From a virus, in IMG/VR virus record IMGVR_UViG_3300023210_000011, positions 1 through 64,000 of that record: 64,000 bases of DNA. One strand, 5' to 3'. Below, in pieces: positions 9,434-18,236 of the stretch (its first letter is position 1; every line of letters starts with the position of its first letter). The position numbers were made by a program, and so were the translations under genes. The notes under the pieces were generated by a model. That model was not told the origin of the DNA and did not search any database. It saw nothing but the letters and a program-made list of their open reading frames with translations.

Positions 9434-10012
9434 ATGGACTACGACCAGATGTACTTCTTTCGTGATGAACTCGAGAAGATCGCAGTGATCGCAGGAACCC
9501 TGGGGTTCCTCGGGAGGTACGCGGCCAAAGGCAGTCCGGTCTCCAGGGCGGCCTTGTCCGTGCTGGGTAAGACACCCACAGGCAGAGCCGCCATGGCCAA
9601 CTCCATTCCAAGAATCGCGAAAGGCCCTGCTCAGACGGCCGTGTCGAACTCCTGGATGTCTGCTCACCGGGCAAGGCCCCCCGCCGTCCCATCTTCCAAG
9701 ATGCTGGATGGGGTACCCGTACCCAAAGAAGCCCTGGGGGTCAGGGGAGCGGTGTCGAGGGCAGGCATGAGCGCAGTGAAGGGCACGCAGAAGGCATCGG
9801 ATACCGCACAACGACTCGCGGCCACCCCAACTGCGCAGAGGTTCGCCCAGGGGCTGCGCGGTGCTGATGGAGGGATCTTCGAGGCAGGAGTGGCGGCTGC
9901 CGCACCACACGTCGCCAAGGCCACCGCACCACACGTCGCGAAAGCATCCAAGACGCTCAAGGGAGCCATTCAGCCTCTGCGCCTACCCAGGACAGGCTTC
10001 GCTGGCGGGTGA
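9434..10012 (+). CDS. Ala/Lys-rich protein with FFRDELEKIA leader (putative virion internal protein)
   Basis: ORF track 9086..10012; start refined to ATG 9434 after GGAG; lone plus-strand gene in the minus-strand block; tandem APHVAKA repeat. Confidence 0.7.
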   Translation: MDYDQMYFFRDELEKIAVIAGTLGFLGRYAAKGSPVSRAALSVLGKTPTGRAAMANSIPRIAKGPAQTAVSNSWMSAHRARPPAVPSSKMLDGVPVPKEALGVRGAVSRAGMSAVKGTQKASDTAQRLAATPTAQRFAQGLRGADGGIFEAGVAAAAPHVAKATAPHVAKASKTLKGAIQPLRLPRTGFAGG

Positions 10013-10025
10013 CGTCCTCCACCGA

Positions 10026-10044
10026 TCAAACAAAATTTCGCACC
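10026..10044. repeat. 19-bp direct repeat TCAAACAAAATTTCGCACC (other copy at 9314-9332)
   Basis: identical 19-mers flank the plus-strand gene 9434..10012. Confidence 0.85.
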
Positions 10045-10165
10045 CTCTCGGTGATCTACCAATAGATACCTATACCAAGAGGTACCAGGAGAGGATGCGA
10101 AGCGTCCCCACGACACGAGGCATCCCCCAGTGGGGGGTGCCTTGACTGTCGTGATGTGGCTGCGT

Positions 10166-10207
10166 GTAGAGGAAGGTGCAGAGGAAGATGTAGAGGAATG
10201 AGCAGAG
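10166..10207. repeat. 3-4 tandem 12-bp purine-rich units (G(T/C)AGAGGAAG(G/A)T-like)
   Basis: gtagaggaaggt gcagaggaagat gtagaggaatga gcagag within a non-coding region. Confidence 0.6.
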
Positions 10208-10676
10208 AAAAAGAACCGGAAAGAGCCCGATGGGGGCGAGGAAAGAATGAGGGGAAAAGGTAAGTTAATCAGTATGCCCTTTAGAAGTCTAAAGGCCGTT
10301 AGGACCCTTTATAGGCCATTCCCCGATGGGACACGCGGTTAGAGCCTGTATTCCCCCGATGGGAAGGGTGCGAATAAGTGTACTCCAGACCCCCCCCTAT
10401 ACGGTGTAAGGCACTGCTTCCTACTGAAATCTCTTTTCGTACTCTTTCTATGGGCTAAGAAAAGGCCACGACTCATCCCTCTTCCGGGGGGGAGTCGCGC
10501 CTTACCGGGGTGAGGGAGAGGCTTACCCAAGGAGGTGCGAATGCTTGTTGGAAGACAGCAGGTAGTGTGCCCCTCCCTCGAGTTCCTTATGGCGCGGAAT
10601 CTTCCCTTTTTGTGAAACAGCTAAGAAGTGGGCCAGTGGCGCGGGACCCCCCGAAGGAGGCCCCGCACCGCGGTCT

Positions 10677-11054
10677 CTACATCATCGACAACTCGTCGGC
10701 CAGGTCCTTGAGCTTCCGTCCCTCCCCCGCGGGGACGGACGGGGCGGAAGCGATGGTCTTCATCGCCCCCGACAGCTGGCGGGACGCCTTGGCGGCGTAG
10801 TAGCCGTCACCGGACCCGAAGGCCCAATCTGCCGCGCCGTGGGCCACGGCAGTCACGCCCGCCCCGACCAGCCCACCGCCGACGACGTTGGCCCCGGCGA
10901 GGTGGGCGATGCCCGCCCCCGCCGCGCCCCCGAGCCCCGCCACCGCCAGGTGGCGGGGGATGCGGGAGCCCCCGAGAATCCCGTCCACATTCCCACTGTA
11001 CTTCTCGTACAGCGTCACGCCCGTCGCGCCCTTCTCGCCCGTGGTGTTACCCAT
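10677..11054 (-). CDS. glycine-zipper-like membrane protein
   Basis: ORF track 10677..11153; start refined after GAGGAGG; GLGGAAGAGIAHLAGANVVGGGLVGAGV GxxxG repeats. Confidence 0.7.
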   Translation of the reverse strand: MGNTTGEKGATGVTLYEKYSGNVDGILGGSRIPRHLAVAGLGGAAGAGIAHLAGANVVGGGLVGAGVTAVAHGAADWAFGSGDGYYAAKASRQLSGAMKTIASAPSVPAGEGRKLKDLADELSMM

Positions 11055-11481
11055 GATGTCCTCCTCAGGACAGTAGCGAGAGGGGGGTTTACTCCTCCCG
11101 CTACAATACTTATGCCCTCGAACACCCCCAAATTGAAGATCTGCGCACCTCAAAGAAAGACCTTCAAGCTCGGTGTATGTCCTTAGGAACCTCAGAAGGG
11201 CCCGAACCGTTACTTACGTGGGTCACAGGGGTCCCCATCGCACTGCCCCCATTTTACTTACCGGGGAAAATCCGAGAAGAAGCGCCTCCCCCTGGTAGCC
11301 GCCACTCCGGGAGCATTCTGCCAACCGTCACATTTCCCAGAAGAAGTCCTCCCTGCTCATCCGCCGCACCCCACGTGATAGGACACTGAGATATTTTCTG
11401 GGGTAGAATTTACTTCTTGGATATTTCTGGGCTAAGAAGTAAGAGAGGGGGCGGAGCCCCGCCCCCGGAGGGGCGGGGCCG

Positions 11482-11667
11482 CTACAGGGGCTCCATGTCC
11501 AGGCCCTCGACGGCCAGGACCAGAAGGTCCTGGGCTCGCCGGGCCTTGTGGTCCGCCTTCTGGAGGCCCTCGACGGCCTCCTCGAGGCGAGCCTTGGCCC
11601 GCTCGTGTCGGGCGGCCGAGGCCGCCTTGTGGTTCTCGAACCATGTCTTCATCTCGCTCGCGGTCAT
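11482..11667 (-). CDS. small coiled-coil hypothetical protein
   Basis: ORF track 11482..11679; GGAG precedes ATG 11667; promoter motif at 11719. Confidence 0.6.
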   Translation of the reverse strand: MTASEMKTWFENHKAASAARHERAKARLEEAVEGLQKADHKARRAQDLLVLAVEGLDMEPL

Positions 11668-11797
11668 GTCGAACTCCATAGAGAGAAAGGGGGGTTCAAT
11701 CCTTCCTCGCTACTATTATTATGCCTTTTTTGAGGGGTAAATTAAGGAATGGGCCGCCACCGCCTCCGGCCTGGAGAACCAGGCCGGAGGCAGTTGT

Positions 11798-12196
11798 CTA
11801 CCGGGCGGGGAGCAGCGTGCCCCCGCGGAGGACGCCGACCCCTCCGTAGAGGTCGGCCACCATGTTCGCCACTCGGGCGAACGTGACGTCCTCGTCCGTG
11901 ACGAAGTCGGGGCGGGGCAAGCCCGCCTGGACGACCTCGTCGACGAAGAACGTGACGTCCTCCGCCGACTTCGCCCCACGGGGCTGGAAGAAGAAGGTGA
12001 TCCGCAGGCCACCCCCCTGATCCTCAGTGCGGATGGCGAAGAAGCCCTCGCGGGCCTCCTCGCCGACCACCAGCTCTGCGCGAGCGCGGAGCTGGTGCCA
12101 GGGGGTGTCTCCCCCCAGCTGGATCACGCCCCGGCCGCAGCCGGGGCAGGTGGGGGTGAAAGTCTCGGTCTCGGTCCCACAGTGCATGCAATGCAT
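11798..12196 (-). CDS. zinc-ribbon hypothetical protein
   Basis: CMHC...CPGC; promoter motif at 12252. Confidence 0.65.
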   Translation of the reverse strand: MHCMHCGTETETFTPTCPGCGRGVIQLGGDTPWHQLRARAELVVGEEAREGFFAIRTEDQGGGLRITFFFQPRGAKSAEDVTFFVDEVVQAGLPRPDFVTDEDVTFARVANMVADLYGGVGVLRGGTLLPAR

Positions 12197-12335
12197 CAGA
12201 ACATCCAGTGAGGAGAGAAGGGGGTGAAATCTACCCTCGTCACTACTATTATTATGCCGTTTTCCAACCTGGATTTATGATAGGGAGGGATGCCCGCCCC
12301 CGGAGGGGCGAGGCGCGGAAGGTCACGTAGAGGGG

Positions 12336-12848
12336 CTACTTCTGCATGGCCCTCAGTCGGACCTCCGCTGGGGAGAGCACACAGCGCAGGTAGTAGATGT
12401 TGGTCCCCCGGACCATCTCCAGCGCGCTGCGCCAGTTCTGACTCTTCTGCCAGTCCCGCACCGCCGTCTCGTACTTTGAGCATCCCTTGCTGAAATGCTG
12501 CTCGCGGAACATCTCCTGAAGCTGCTCCTCGGAGAAGGGAGACTCCTCCCGCGTCTCGCTATCCAGGGGGCGCATCCACCAGACCGATCCCGACCTCCGG
12601 TTCTGATTCTTCTGCCCGACCCAGAACCGGAGGTCGAGCGTCTCTCCGTCCAGCTGGACGGTCAGGTTGAACCCATCCCGGATGGAGGCGACGGTTTCCT
12701 GGAGGACCTGATCCCACGTCTTGCACTTGAAGTGCGCCTCGAGCGCCACTGTCCGCGGGGAGCAGTGGGCCATGAAATCTGTGTTGATGAGGCTCTGCCT
12801 CTCGGAGTTGTCGGCGCTCGGGAGGCAGGGCAGCATGATGAGTGCCAT
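12336..12848 (-). CDS. hypothetical protein
   Basis: ORF track; start uncertain. Confidence 0.6.
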   Translation of the reverse strand: MALIMLPCLPSADNSERQSLINTDFMAHCSPRTVALEAHFKCKTWDQVLQETVASIRDGFNLTVQLDGETLDLRFWVGQKNQNRRSGSVWWMRPLDSETREESPFSEEQLQEMFREQHFSKGCSKYETAVRDWQKSQNWRSALEMVRGTNIYYLRCVLSPAEVRLRAMQK

Positions 12849-12912
12849 TATCGATCCTTGGATTGCACTTAGAGAGGCTCATCCTCTCTGTACGTTTTGT
12901 GGCGCGCGGGAG

Positions 12913-13365
12913 TCACCCCTCGCTGCCATCCGAGATGGTCGTGTCGAATTCGAAGGCGTCCAGCACAGCGAAGAGGGCCGCACTGCACGCGGCGTGGTCT
13001 GCGCTCTCGAAGGAGATGTGGCCCTCGCCAGGCGACCAGAAGTCACACGACCACCCATTCTCGTTGGCCTTCTCCCAGATCAGCTCCCGGCGAGCCGTCT
13101 CGTCCTTCGAGTCCTTGGGGACCGCATACCCGAAGGCGATCCGGGTGTTCCACCGACGGTGCACAACGGTGCGCCCGACCAGGATGTCCTGCCAGCGGTA
13201 ATCCTCGTGAATGGGGTTGTTGTTCAGACCGATCACCCCCGGGGAGATCTCCTTCGCCCACATGGTCTCGCCCGGGATCAGCCCGGTGCGGGTATCCTGG
13301 AGGTCCCACCACCCTTCGTAGATCTTGTTGATGTCGAGCCCTTCGGGCAGCTGTACTTCACTCAT
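12913..13365 (-). CDS. hypothetical protein
   Basis: ORF track 12913..13398; start refined to MSEVQL. Confidence 0.65.
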   Translation of the reverse strand: MSEVQLPEGLDINKIYEGWWDLQDTRTGLIPGETMWAKEISPGVIGLNNNPIHEDYRWQDILVGRTVVHRRWNTRIAFGYAVPKDSKDETARRELIWEKANENGWSCDFWSPGEGHISFESADHAACSAALFAVLDAFEFDTTISDGSEG

Positions 13366-13624
13366 CAGGGAGCTCCTGGTTGTACCCCGCCGTGGCATTG
13401 CGCAGGCGGAGCATCTCTTCTCGGTAGTTGCTGTGGTGAACGTCGGCGCGGAGATCGAGAGACCCCACGCTCATCCGGACCTCGAGACCGGGCACTACGA
13501 CCCAGCTCACGAACGCGTCAAGGTCCGCATCATCCGTGTTCGCGATCCAGTCTCCACCGGATGGCGCCCAATCTTCCGGCGCCACCAGGCTGGCGACGCT
13601 GTCTGCCCACTCAGGAGGCGGCAA
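13358..13624 (-). CDS. hypothetical protein
   Basis: ORF track; overlapping neighbours. Confidence 0.6.
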   Translation of the reverse strand: MPPPEWADSVASLVAPEDWAPSGGDWIANTDDADLDAFVSWVVVPGLEVRMSVGSLDLRADVHHSNYREEMLRLRNATAGYNQELPDE

Positions 13625-13928
13625 GGCCGAAGTCCTGCGGGTTCAGCCGGCACTCCTCGACGAAGCGCTCAGCGATGTAGTTGTACGCGCCCTGAATCAG
13701 CGCGTCGGACACCTCCGGAGCTTCCTTCCTCTCGTAGTACTCACGGTGGCGCCGACGGAACTCCGGGACGTGCCGCTCGATGACCGGACGGAACTTCCAG
13801 GCGAAGTGCCGCCACACCCTCTTCTCGTCGCTGACGAACGGCGCCAGCTCTCGGTACAGCTTCTCGAGCTCGGGGTAGAGCTCGGACTCGTTGAGAACCT
13901 GCTCAGCCAGGTTCCGGGACGTCAGCAT
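13611..13928 (-). CDS. hypothetical protein
   Basis: ORF track; AAGGAG RBS. Confidence 0.65.
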   Translation of the reverse strand: MLTSRNLAEQVLNESELYPELEKLYRELAPFVSDEKRVWRHFAWKFRPVIERHVPEFRRRHREYYERKEAPEVSDALIQGAYNYIAERFVEECRLNPQDFGLAAS

Positions 13929-14181
13929 TGGCGTTCTCCTTCAGTGGGGCCAGAGCCTCTGCGTAGCGTTCGACCAGGGCCAGATCATCGGGATGGACGT
14001 TGGACATGGCCTCGATGCAGTCGTTCTGGTGTGGGTCGTCCTCACACCCCAGCGCCAGCAGGCGCCGCAGGCCCGTGAGGGACCGCAGCGCCTGCGCAGC
14101 AGTGGCCTGCCCAGAGCAGATCTCCCAGACCTTCAGGCAGTCTTCGGCCTCCTTGTGGCCGATGAGGCGCTTGCTGTCCAT
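13903..14181 (-). CDS. hypothetical protein
   Basis: ORF track; coupled. Confidence 0.6.
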   Translation of the reverse strand: MDSKRLIGHKEAEDCLKVWEICSGQATAAQALRSLTGLRRLLALGCEDDPHQNDCIEAMSNVHPDDLALVERYAEALAPLKENANADVPEPG

Positions 14182-14495
14182 CAGGGAGCCTCAGTGAGTG
14201 CGGCGTGGATAGCTCGCGCCGCGGTGTAGCTGTCGTCCCCGGGATCACCCTGCGGTTCCCAGGGCACCTCCCCCGGAGGGGGCATCTCGCTGACCATCTC
14301 CACCAGCATGTCGCTGTCGATCTCAAGGACCCCCAGACGATCCATGTGCCGCAGCAGACGACGACAGAACGTGGCCGTATCGAGCCGAGGACGGGTCAGG
14401 GCGGCCTTCAGCTCGTCCCAGGCCCGATCACGCTCCTCCGGAGTCTCCGCCTCCTGGACGACGCCCAGAAGCGCATGCGCGCGCAGCTCATCCAT
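14181..14495 (-). CDS. hypothetical protein
   Basis: ORF track 14181..14639; start refined to MDELRAH (TGATG coupling). Confidence 0.6.
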   Translation of the reverse strand: MDELRAHALLGVVQEAETPEERDRAWDELKAALTRPRLDTATFCRRLLRHMDRLGVLEIDSDMLVEMVSEMPPPGEVPWEPQGDPGDDSYTAARAIHAALTEAP

Positions 14496-14731
14496 CAGCA
14501 GCTCCCGTGCCGGTAGGACTTGAAGCCCCCGTCGTCCTCGAAGAATCCGAGTTCGTCGAGCCTCTTCTTGTCCTCCTCGGACACCTTCTCTCCGTCGATG
14601 CAGAGCCACATCTCGTCGTGCTCGCAGTGGGTGATCCACTTCTTGTCCCCGTACTTGCTGGCGATGGTGAACACCTCGACCAGCTGCTCTGCGCCAGACA
14701 TGACGTCGGGGTTCTTCTTCTCAGTTGCCAC
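14495..14731 (-). CDS. small acidic hypothetical protein
   Basis: ORF track; GGAGG RBS. Confidence 0.65.
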   Translation of the reverse strand: MATEKKNPDVMSGAEQLVEVFTIASKYGDKKWITHCEHDEMWLCIDGEKVSEEDKKRLDELGFFEDDGGFKSYRHGSC

Positions 14732-14776
14732 TGGGTACCTCCCTCTTGGCGATTTCCTCGTCGCAGTGCGCGCACT

Positions 14777-15031
14777 TCACGGCGCCGCCTTCAGTCGGTC
14801 GATCTTCTCCTGCAGCTCTTCCTGGGTCTCGAAGGACCAGGAGCAGTGATAGGGCCCGTTGGGGTCATCCCAGCAGTTGAACTTCGCCAGACAGGGGAAC
14901 TCATCGGGCTTCCCGTCGTGCTCGTAGGCGTACTCATGGCTCACGAAACCATTGCCGGCATCGACATGGCCGCAGGCCTTCTCGAAGTCCTCCATCGTCT
15001 GGAGGAGGAACGGGTAGACATTGAGGTTCAT
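14777..15031 (-). CDS. hypothetical protein
   Basis: ORF track 14777..15076; start refined to MNLNVY after AAGGAGG. Confidence 0.65.
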   Translation of the reverse strand: MNLNVYPFLLQTMEDFEKACGHVDAGNGFVSHEYAYEHDGKPDEFPCLAKFNCWDDPNGPYHCSWSFETQEELQEKIDRLKAAP

Positions 15032-15399
15032 AGGACCTCCTTGAATGAGTGGATCTCGTCTGCGTTCTCCTCGCATGCCCGGATGGCAGCGCGGAGGCAG
15101 TCATGCACTCCCACGGGGGTGAGCCATTTCGCGTGCGGAAGCGGGACCACCCGGGCGAACCCGGGCTTGATCCACTGTCCGCTGCAGTGGAGGCCCCATC
15201 CGGTGGGGATGCACCCACAGCACCACCCCTCCTCATACCATTCCGCTTCTCCGATCTGGAACCAGCCCCCAGGCTCGGAGATGATGTGTCGAAGGTCCAC
15301 CGATTCGATCTCACCGATCTCGCGCTTCCCGCAGACCATGCAACGAAATGCCGGTCGTAGCCCCGCGGCATTCAGGAAGTCATGCGTGATCGTACTCAT
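15028..15399 (-). CDS. Cys-containing hypothetical protein
   Basis: ORF track; CMVC...WCCGC. Confidence 0.65.
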   Translation of the reverse strand: MSTITHDFLNAAGLRPAFRCMVCGKREIGEIESVDLRHIISEPGGWFQIGEAEWYEEGWCCGCIPTGWGLHCSGQWIKPGFARVVPLPHAKWLTPVGVHDCLRAAIRACEENADEIHSFKEVL

Positions 15400-15626
15400 C
15401 CCATGAATCCCTGCATGAAGGTGGTGCGAACCTTCCGAAAGCCTTCGGCCATGGCCTCCGCCTCGTAGTACAGGCCCATGCTGATCATCTGGCGGAGTCG
15501 GAGCTCAAAGCTCTCAGAGCTCACGAACCCTTGCCCCTCGAGGGCCCCGATGACCATCAGAACCTCGCGGGTCCTCTTGTCCAGCGGCTCGCCGGGATCG
15601 AAGGAGAACTCCGGCCCGGTCTTCAT
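15396..15626 (-). CDS. hypothetical protein (start uncertain)
   Basis: 3' part of ORF 15396..15815 reads as plausible protein; overlaps 15514..15867. Confidence 0.4.
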   Translation of the reverse strand: MKTGPEFSFDPGEPLDKRTREVLMVIGALEGQGFVSSESFELRLRQMISMGLYYEAEAMAEGFRKVRTTFMQGFMG

Positions 15627-15867
15627 TGAAGAGGGGCGAGCTGCATCCGGAGTCATCCCCGAATCCCCCGACTTCACTACCCCCCGCTGAGATCTTCCCG
15701 TCCTCTGCGAGGCCACAGCGGTATCCCCCGGGTCCTGTCCCCCGGAGGAAGTCACATGTTCTCCCATTGCCTTTTCTCCCGGTCCCCTCGGACCTGTGGT
15801 ACATGCCCGCAGCACAGGTGACCTGCTTGCAGCAGAACCCGCTCCGGACGCATGGTGCGAATTTCAT
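15514..15867 (-). CDS. Cys-rich putative Fe-S/Zn-binding protein (CVRSGFCCK...CDFL...YRCGL...GCSSPLFN)
   Basis: ORF track 15514..16038; start refined by ATGA coupling; CxxxxxCC cluster. Confidence 0.6.
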   Translation of the reverse strand: MKFAPCVRSGFCCKQVTCAAGMYHRSEGTGRKGNGRTCDFLRGTGPGGYRCGLAEDGKISAGGSEVGGFGDDSGCSSPLFNEDRAGVLLRSRRAAGQEDPRGSDGHRGPRGARVREL

Positions 15868-16370
15868 GCCTCCGCAGGACGACGCGCCCCACGGACCTGT
15901 ACATTCGGGCTCTGTGCGAGCTGCTGCAGGGCCGCATCCTGCCGGAGAGCTTCCTTCTTCCGGTACGGGAGCAGCCCGGCGAGGAACGTCTCTGCGTCCT
16001 CTCTTGTGAGTACGAGGAGCCCATAGATCTGCGACCACCGGTACGCCTCAAGCTTCCCGTAGAGCTTCGGAGGCTTCGCCAGGCGCTCCTCCAGCAGGGC
16101 GCATGCCACCGGCACCTTCGACGGCATCACACACATCGCCCAGCCACGAAGGCGGACCCGGATGAAGGGGTCCTGGAAGTTGAGCATCGGGCCCCCGGGG
16201 TCGAACATCCCCCTACGGACCCGCGAGGTAGCCTCTGGCGCCGCTTGGTACTCTTCTGTGATGTAGTTCCTGACCGCCGCTCCGAGCCCGGGGGCGCAGA
16301 GGTGGGTCTGGATCTGCGCGCCGTGCCGGACCCTCGGGTACTGCAACAACGCCGCACGGCGGTCGCTCAT
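15864..16370 (-). CDS. hypothetical protein
   Basis: ORF track; coupled. Confidence 0.65.
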   Translation of the reverse strand: MSDRRAALLQYPRVRHGAQIQTHLCAPGLGAAVRNYITEEYQAAPEATSRVRRGMFDPGGPMLNFQDPFIRVRLRGWAMCVMPSKVPVACALLEERLAKPPKLYGKLEAYRWSQIYGLLVLTREDAETFLAGLLPYRKKEALRQDAALQQLAQSPNVQVRGARRPAEA

Positions 16371-16516
16371 CGTCCCTGCATCCAGTGAGTGATCTCACTG
16401 TTGAGGAGCCGGATGAGCTTGTCGTCGCCGTCTTCCTGCGGCTCCGCCCGGCCCAGAAGGCGGAGAATCCGCAAAACCTCTTTCTCCGTGAGCGGGATGT
16501 TCTTGGTGTGCCGCAT
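16367..16516 (-). CDS. small hypothetical protein (MRHTKNIPLTEKEVLR...)
   Basis: AGGAG RBS; coupled. Confidence 0.55.
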   Translation of the reverse strand: MRHTKNIPLTEKEVLRILRLLGRAEPQEDGDDKLIRLLNSEITHWMQGR

Positions 16517-16524
16517 GTGGGCTC

Positions 16525-16698
16525 CTACTGTTGGACGTCGCCGGGTTTCCACCGGTCAAAGGTTGGGTTTCGTGGATAGAGGTCCCCGTAGAGGTACCGA
16601 CCCTCCCGCGAAACCTTGAACCGGATGCACGGGAAGTCCGCCGTTCCGGTCTCCTCAATGATCTCCTTCGCGCGAACTGCGCTCTCAGTGTCCGGCAT
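16525..16698 (-). CDS. 57-aa hypothetical protein (MPDTESAVRAKEIIEE...)
   Basis: translated by hand; below ORF-track cutoff; fills the gap in the operon. Confidence 0.5.
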   Translation of the reverse strand: MPDTESAVRAKEIIEETGTADFPCIRFKVSREGRYLYGDLYPRNPTFDRWKPGDVQQ

Positions 16699-16806
16699 TC
16701 ACCAGAAGTCTCCGTTCGGTGCGTACAGCCGCGCGCGACCTCCGATGAGGGGCCCGATGACGAGCTCCTCCCCGGGCGCCAGGTGTACGGGGAACTGGTG
16801 GTTCAC
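16699..16806 (-). CDS. 35-aa hypothetical protein (MNHQFPVHLAPGEELVIG...)
   Basis: translated by hand; GTGA coupling with the MazG stop. Confidence 0.4.
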   Translation of the reverse strand: MNHQFPVHLAPGEELVIGPLIGGRARLYAPNGDFW

Positions 16807-17567
16807 AGCTCCAACACGTCGATGTCGCCGTCCACCAAGGTCACCGTGTCCGCGGCGATGCTCCCCACGAGGGGGGAAGCGACCTCTCCTTCGAGGGCGG
16901 CCCGCTCTCCCTTGAGATCTCGGGTATTCGCGGCATCGTCGCTGTAGCCTTCAGGGAACCGCTTCTTGTGGAGCTTCGCGATGTTGCGCTCCATGGTCTT
17001 CTCGAGGTTGAACTCCCCGCCCCGGCCGAAGCGCAGGATGAGGAGGTCTTCCACTGCCCGCACGATCATCCCCAGGTGGAAGGCCAGCACGGGAGGATCG
17101 AGGGGACGGCGGTACATCGCCTTCTTCTTGGGGCCGTCTCCGAACGCGCTGATGTGATAGATCAGCCGCTTCTCCGCGTCTGTCGCCATCTCTCCCGTCC
17201 TGTCTACGGGCGGAGCTGACATCTGCCCGACCTGCCAGACGTGCAGAGGGTTGAGACCCAGAGCTGAGACGGCAACCGCCCAGTACCACAGGATGTCTCC
17301 GAGCTCCTCCATGACGTTGATGTCGTCTTCCGCGTCGCAGGCGTCCTGGTACTCGTGGATCTCCGAGCTCATGCCCATGCTGACATGAACCAGCCGGACA
17401 GTCTGTCCTCCGTAGATCGCCGGGACCGTCTCGTGGGTCTCGAAGACCTCACTGCTGTCCACGAGCTCTTGGAACTGGGGCGTCCAGGCCCCCGAATCGG
17501 TGTAGTTGAACGTCGGAACGCTCTCGGTGACGAGAGCATCGCGAACGTAGTTGTGTAGATGAGACAT
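16803..17567 (-). CDS. mazG: MazG-like nucleoside triphosphate pyrophosphohydrolase
   Basis: SSEIHEYQD...VMEELGDILWYW and MERNIAKLHKKRFPEGYS motifs. Confidence 0.8.
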   Translation of the reverse strand: MSHLHNYVRDALVTESVPTFNYTDSGAWTPQFQELVDSSEVFETHETVPAIYGGQTVRLVHVSMGMSSEIHEYQDACDAEDDINVMEELGDILWYWAVAVSALGLNPLHVWQVGQMSAPPVDRTGEMATDAEKRLIYHISAFGDGPKKKAMYRRPLDPPVLAFHLGMIVRAVEDLLILRFGRGGEFNLEKTMERNIAKLHKKRFPEGYSDDAANTRDLKGERAALEGEVASPLVGSIAADTVTLVDGDIDVLEL

Positions 17568-17616
17568 TATACCTCCGGCCTCTTTGGCCTTATGACGGGT
17601 AATAAGGGGGTTTCAA

Positions 17617-17645
17617 GCAGGGGGCCCACCGAAGTGGGGCCCCGC
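17617..17645 (-). terminator. cUUCGg hairpin
   Basis: GC stem with TTCG loop just after the stop at 17649. Confidence 0.6.
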
Positions 17646-17648
17646 TAT

Positions 17649-18236
17649 TCAACGAATGTACCGACGCTTCCGCTGCACGACGTAGTCCGCTTCTCCGTCG
17701 TCCACTCCGAGCTCTGCGAAGCTCTCGGCGAACTGGATGCACCACCCGTACGGGCCGTCCATCCCGAAGTCGTACTTCCCCTGGAGATCGTGACCTCCGT
17801 AGGAGCTGTGACGTCCCTCATGGACCACCGTACATCCGGCCGAAGCCACGCCATGCTGGACGTTCAGACTGGCGTGCCCCAATCGGATCTCGGAGGCACC
17901 TGGCTCGGAGGAGATGATCCCCGAGGCCACAGCGTCGTACTTCTCTTCTCGAGCGTGCAGATCGATCGGGGCGCGAGCCAAGGCCCACATCCCACGAATG
18001 ATGAACTCGAGATCACGCGCCTCGTCCTCCCAGTCCGTAGGCTCGATGCCCAGGTGAGAGATCAAAGCCTCCTCGCAGTCCGGGGCAGGGTAGCCCTCGT
18101 ACTCCCAGGAGTCCCCACACGCGACGTCCAGGTCCCGGAATCGGTCCCCGTCGTCTACCGTGCAGGCACTCAGCGCAAGCGACGCGCCGAGAAGACCTGC
18201 GACCCGAAGGTCACTTCCGCGTTGACGTGGTCCCAC
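17649..18236 (-). CDS. putative lipoprotein
   Basis: hydrophobic stretch ending in lipobox LALSA-C; acidic mature part. Confidence 0.6.
   Translation of the reverse strand: MGPRQRGSDLRVAGLLGASLALSACTVDDGDRFRDLDVACGDSWEYEGYPAPDCEEALISHLGIEPTDWEDEARDLEFIIRGMWALARAPIDLHAREEKYDAVASGIISSEPGASEIRLGHASLNVQHGVASAGCTVVHEGRHSSYGGHDLQGKYDFGMDGPYGWCIQFAESFAELGVDDGEADYVVQRKRRYIR

Noticed and set aside
10070-10262. Hydrophobic minus-strand reading frame (FLAPIGLFPVLFLCSFLY...) in the purine-rich tract
   Set aside because: An in-frame TAA lies upstream with no start codon in between; the hydrophobicity is a by-product of the low-complexity sequence.
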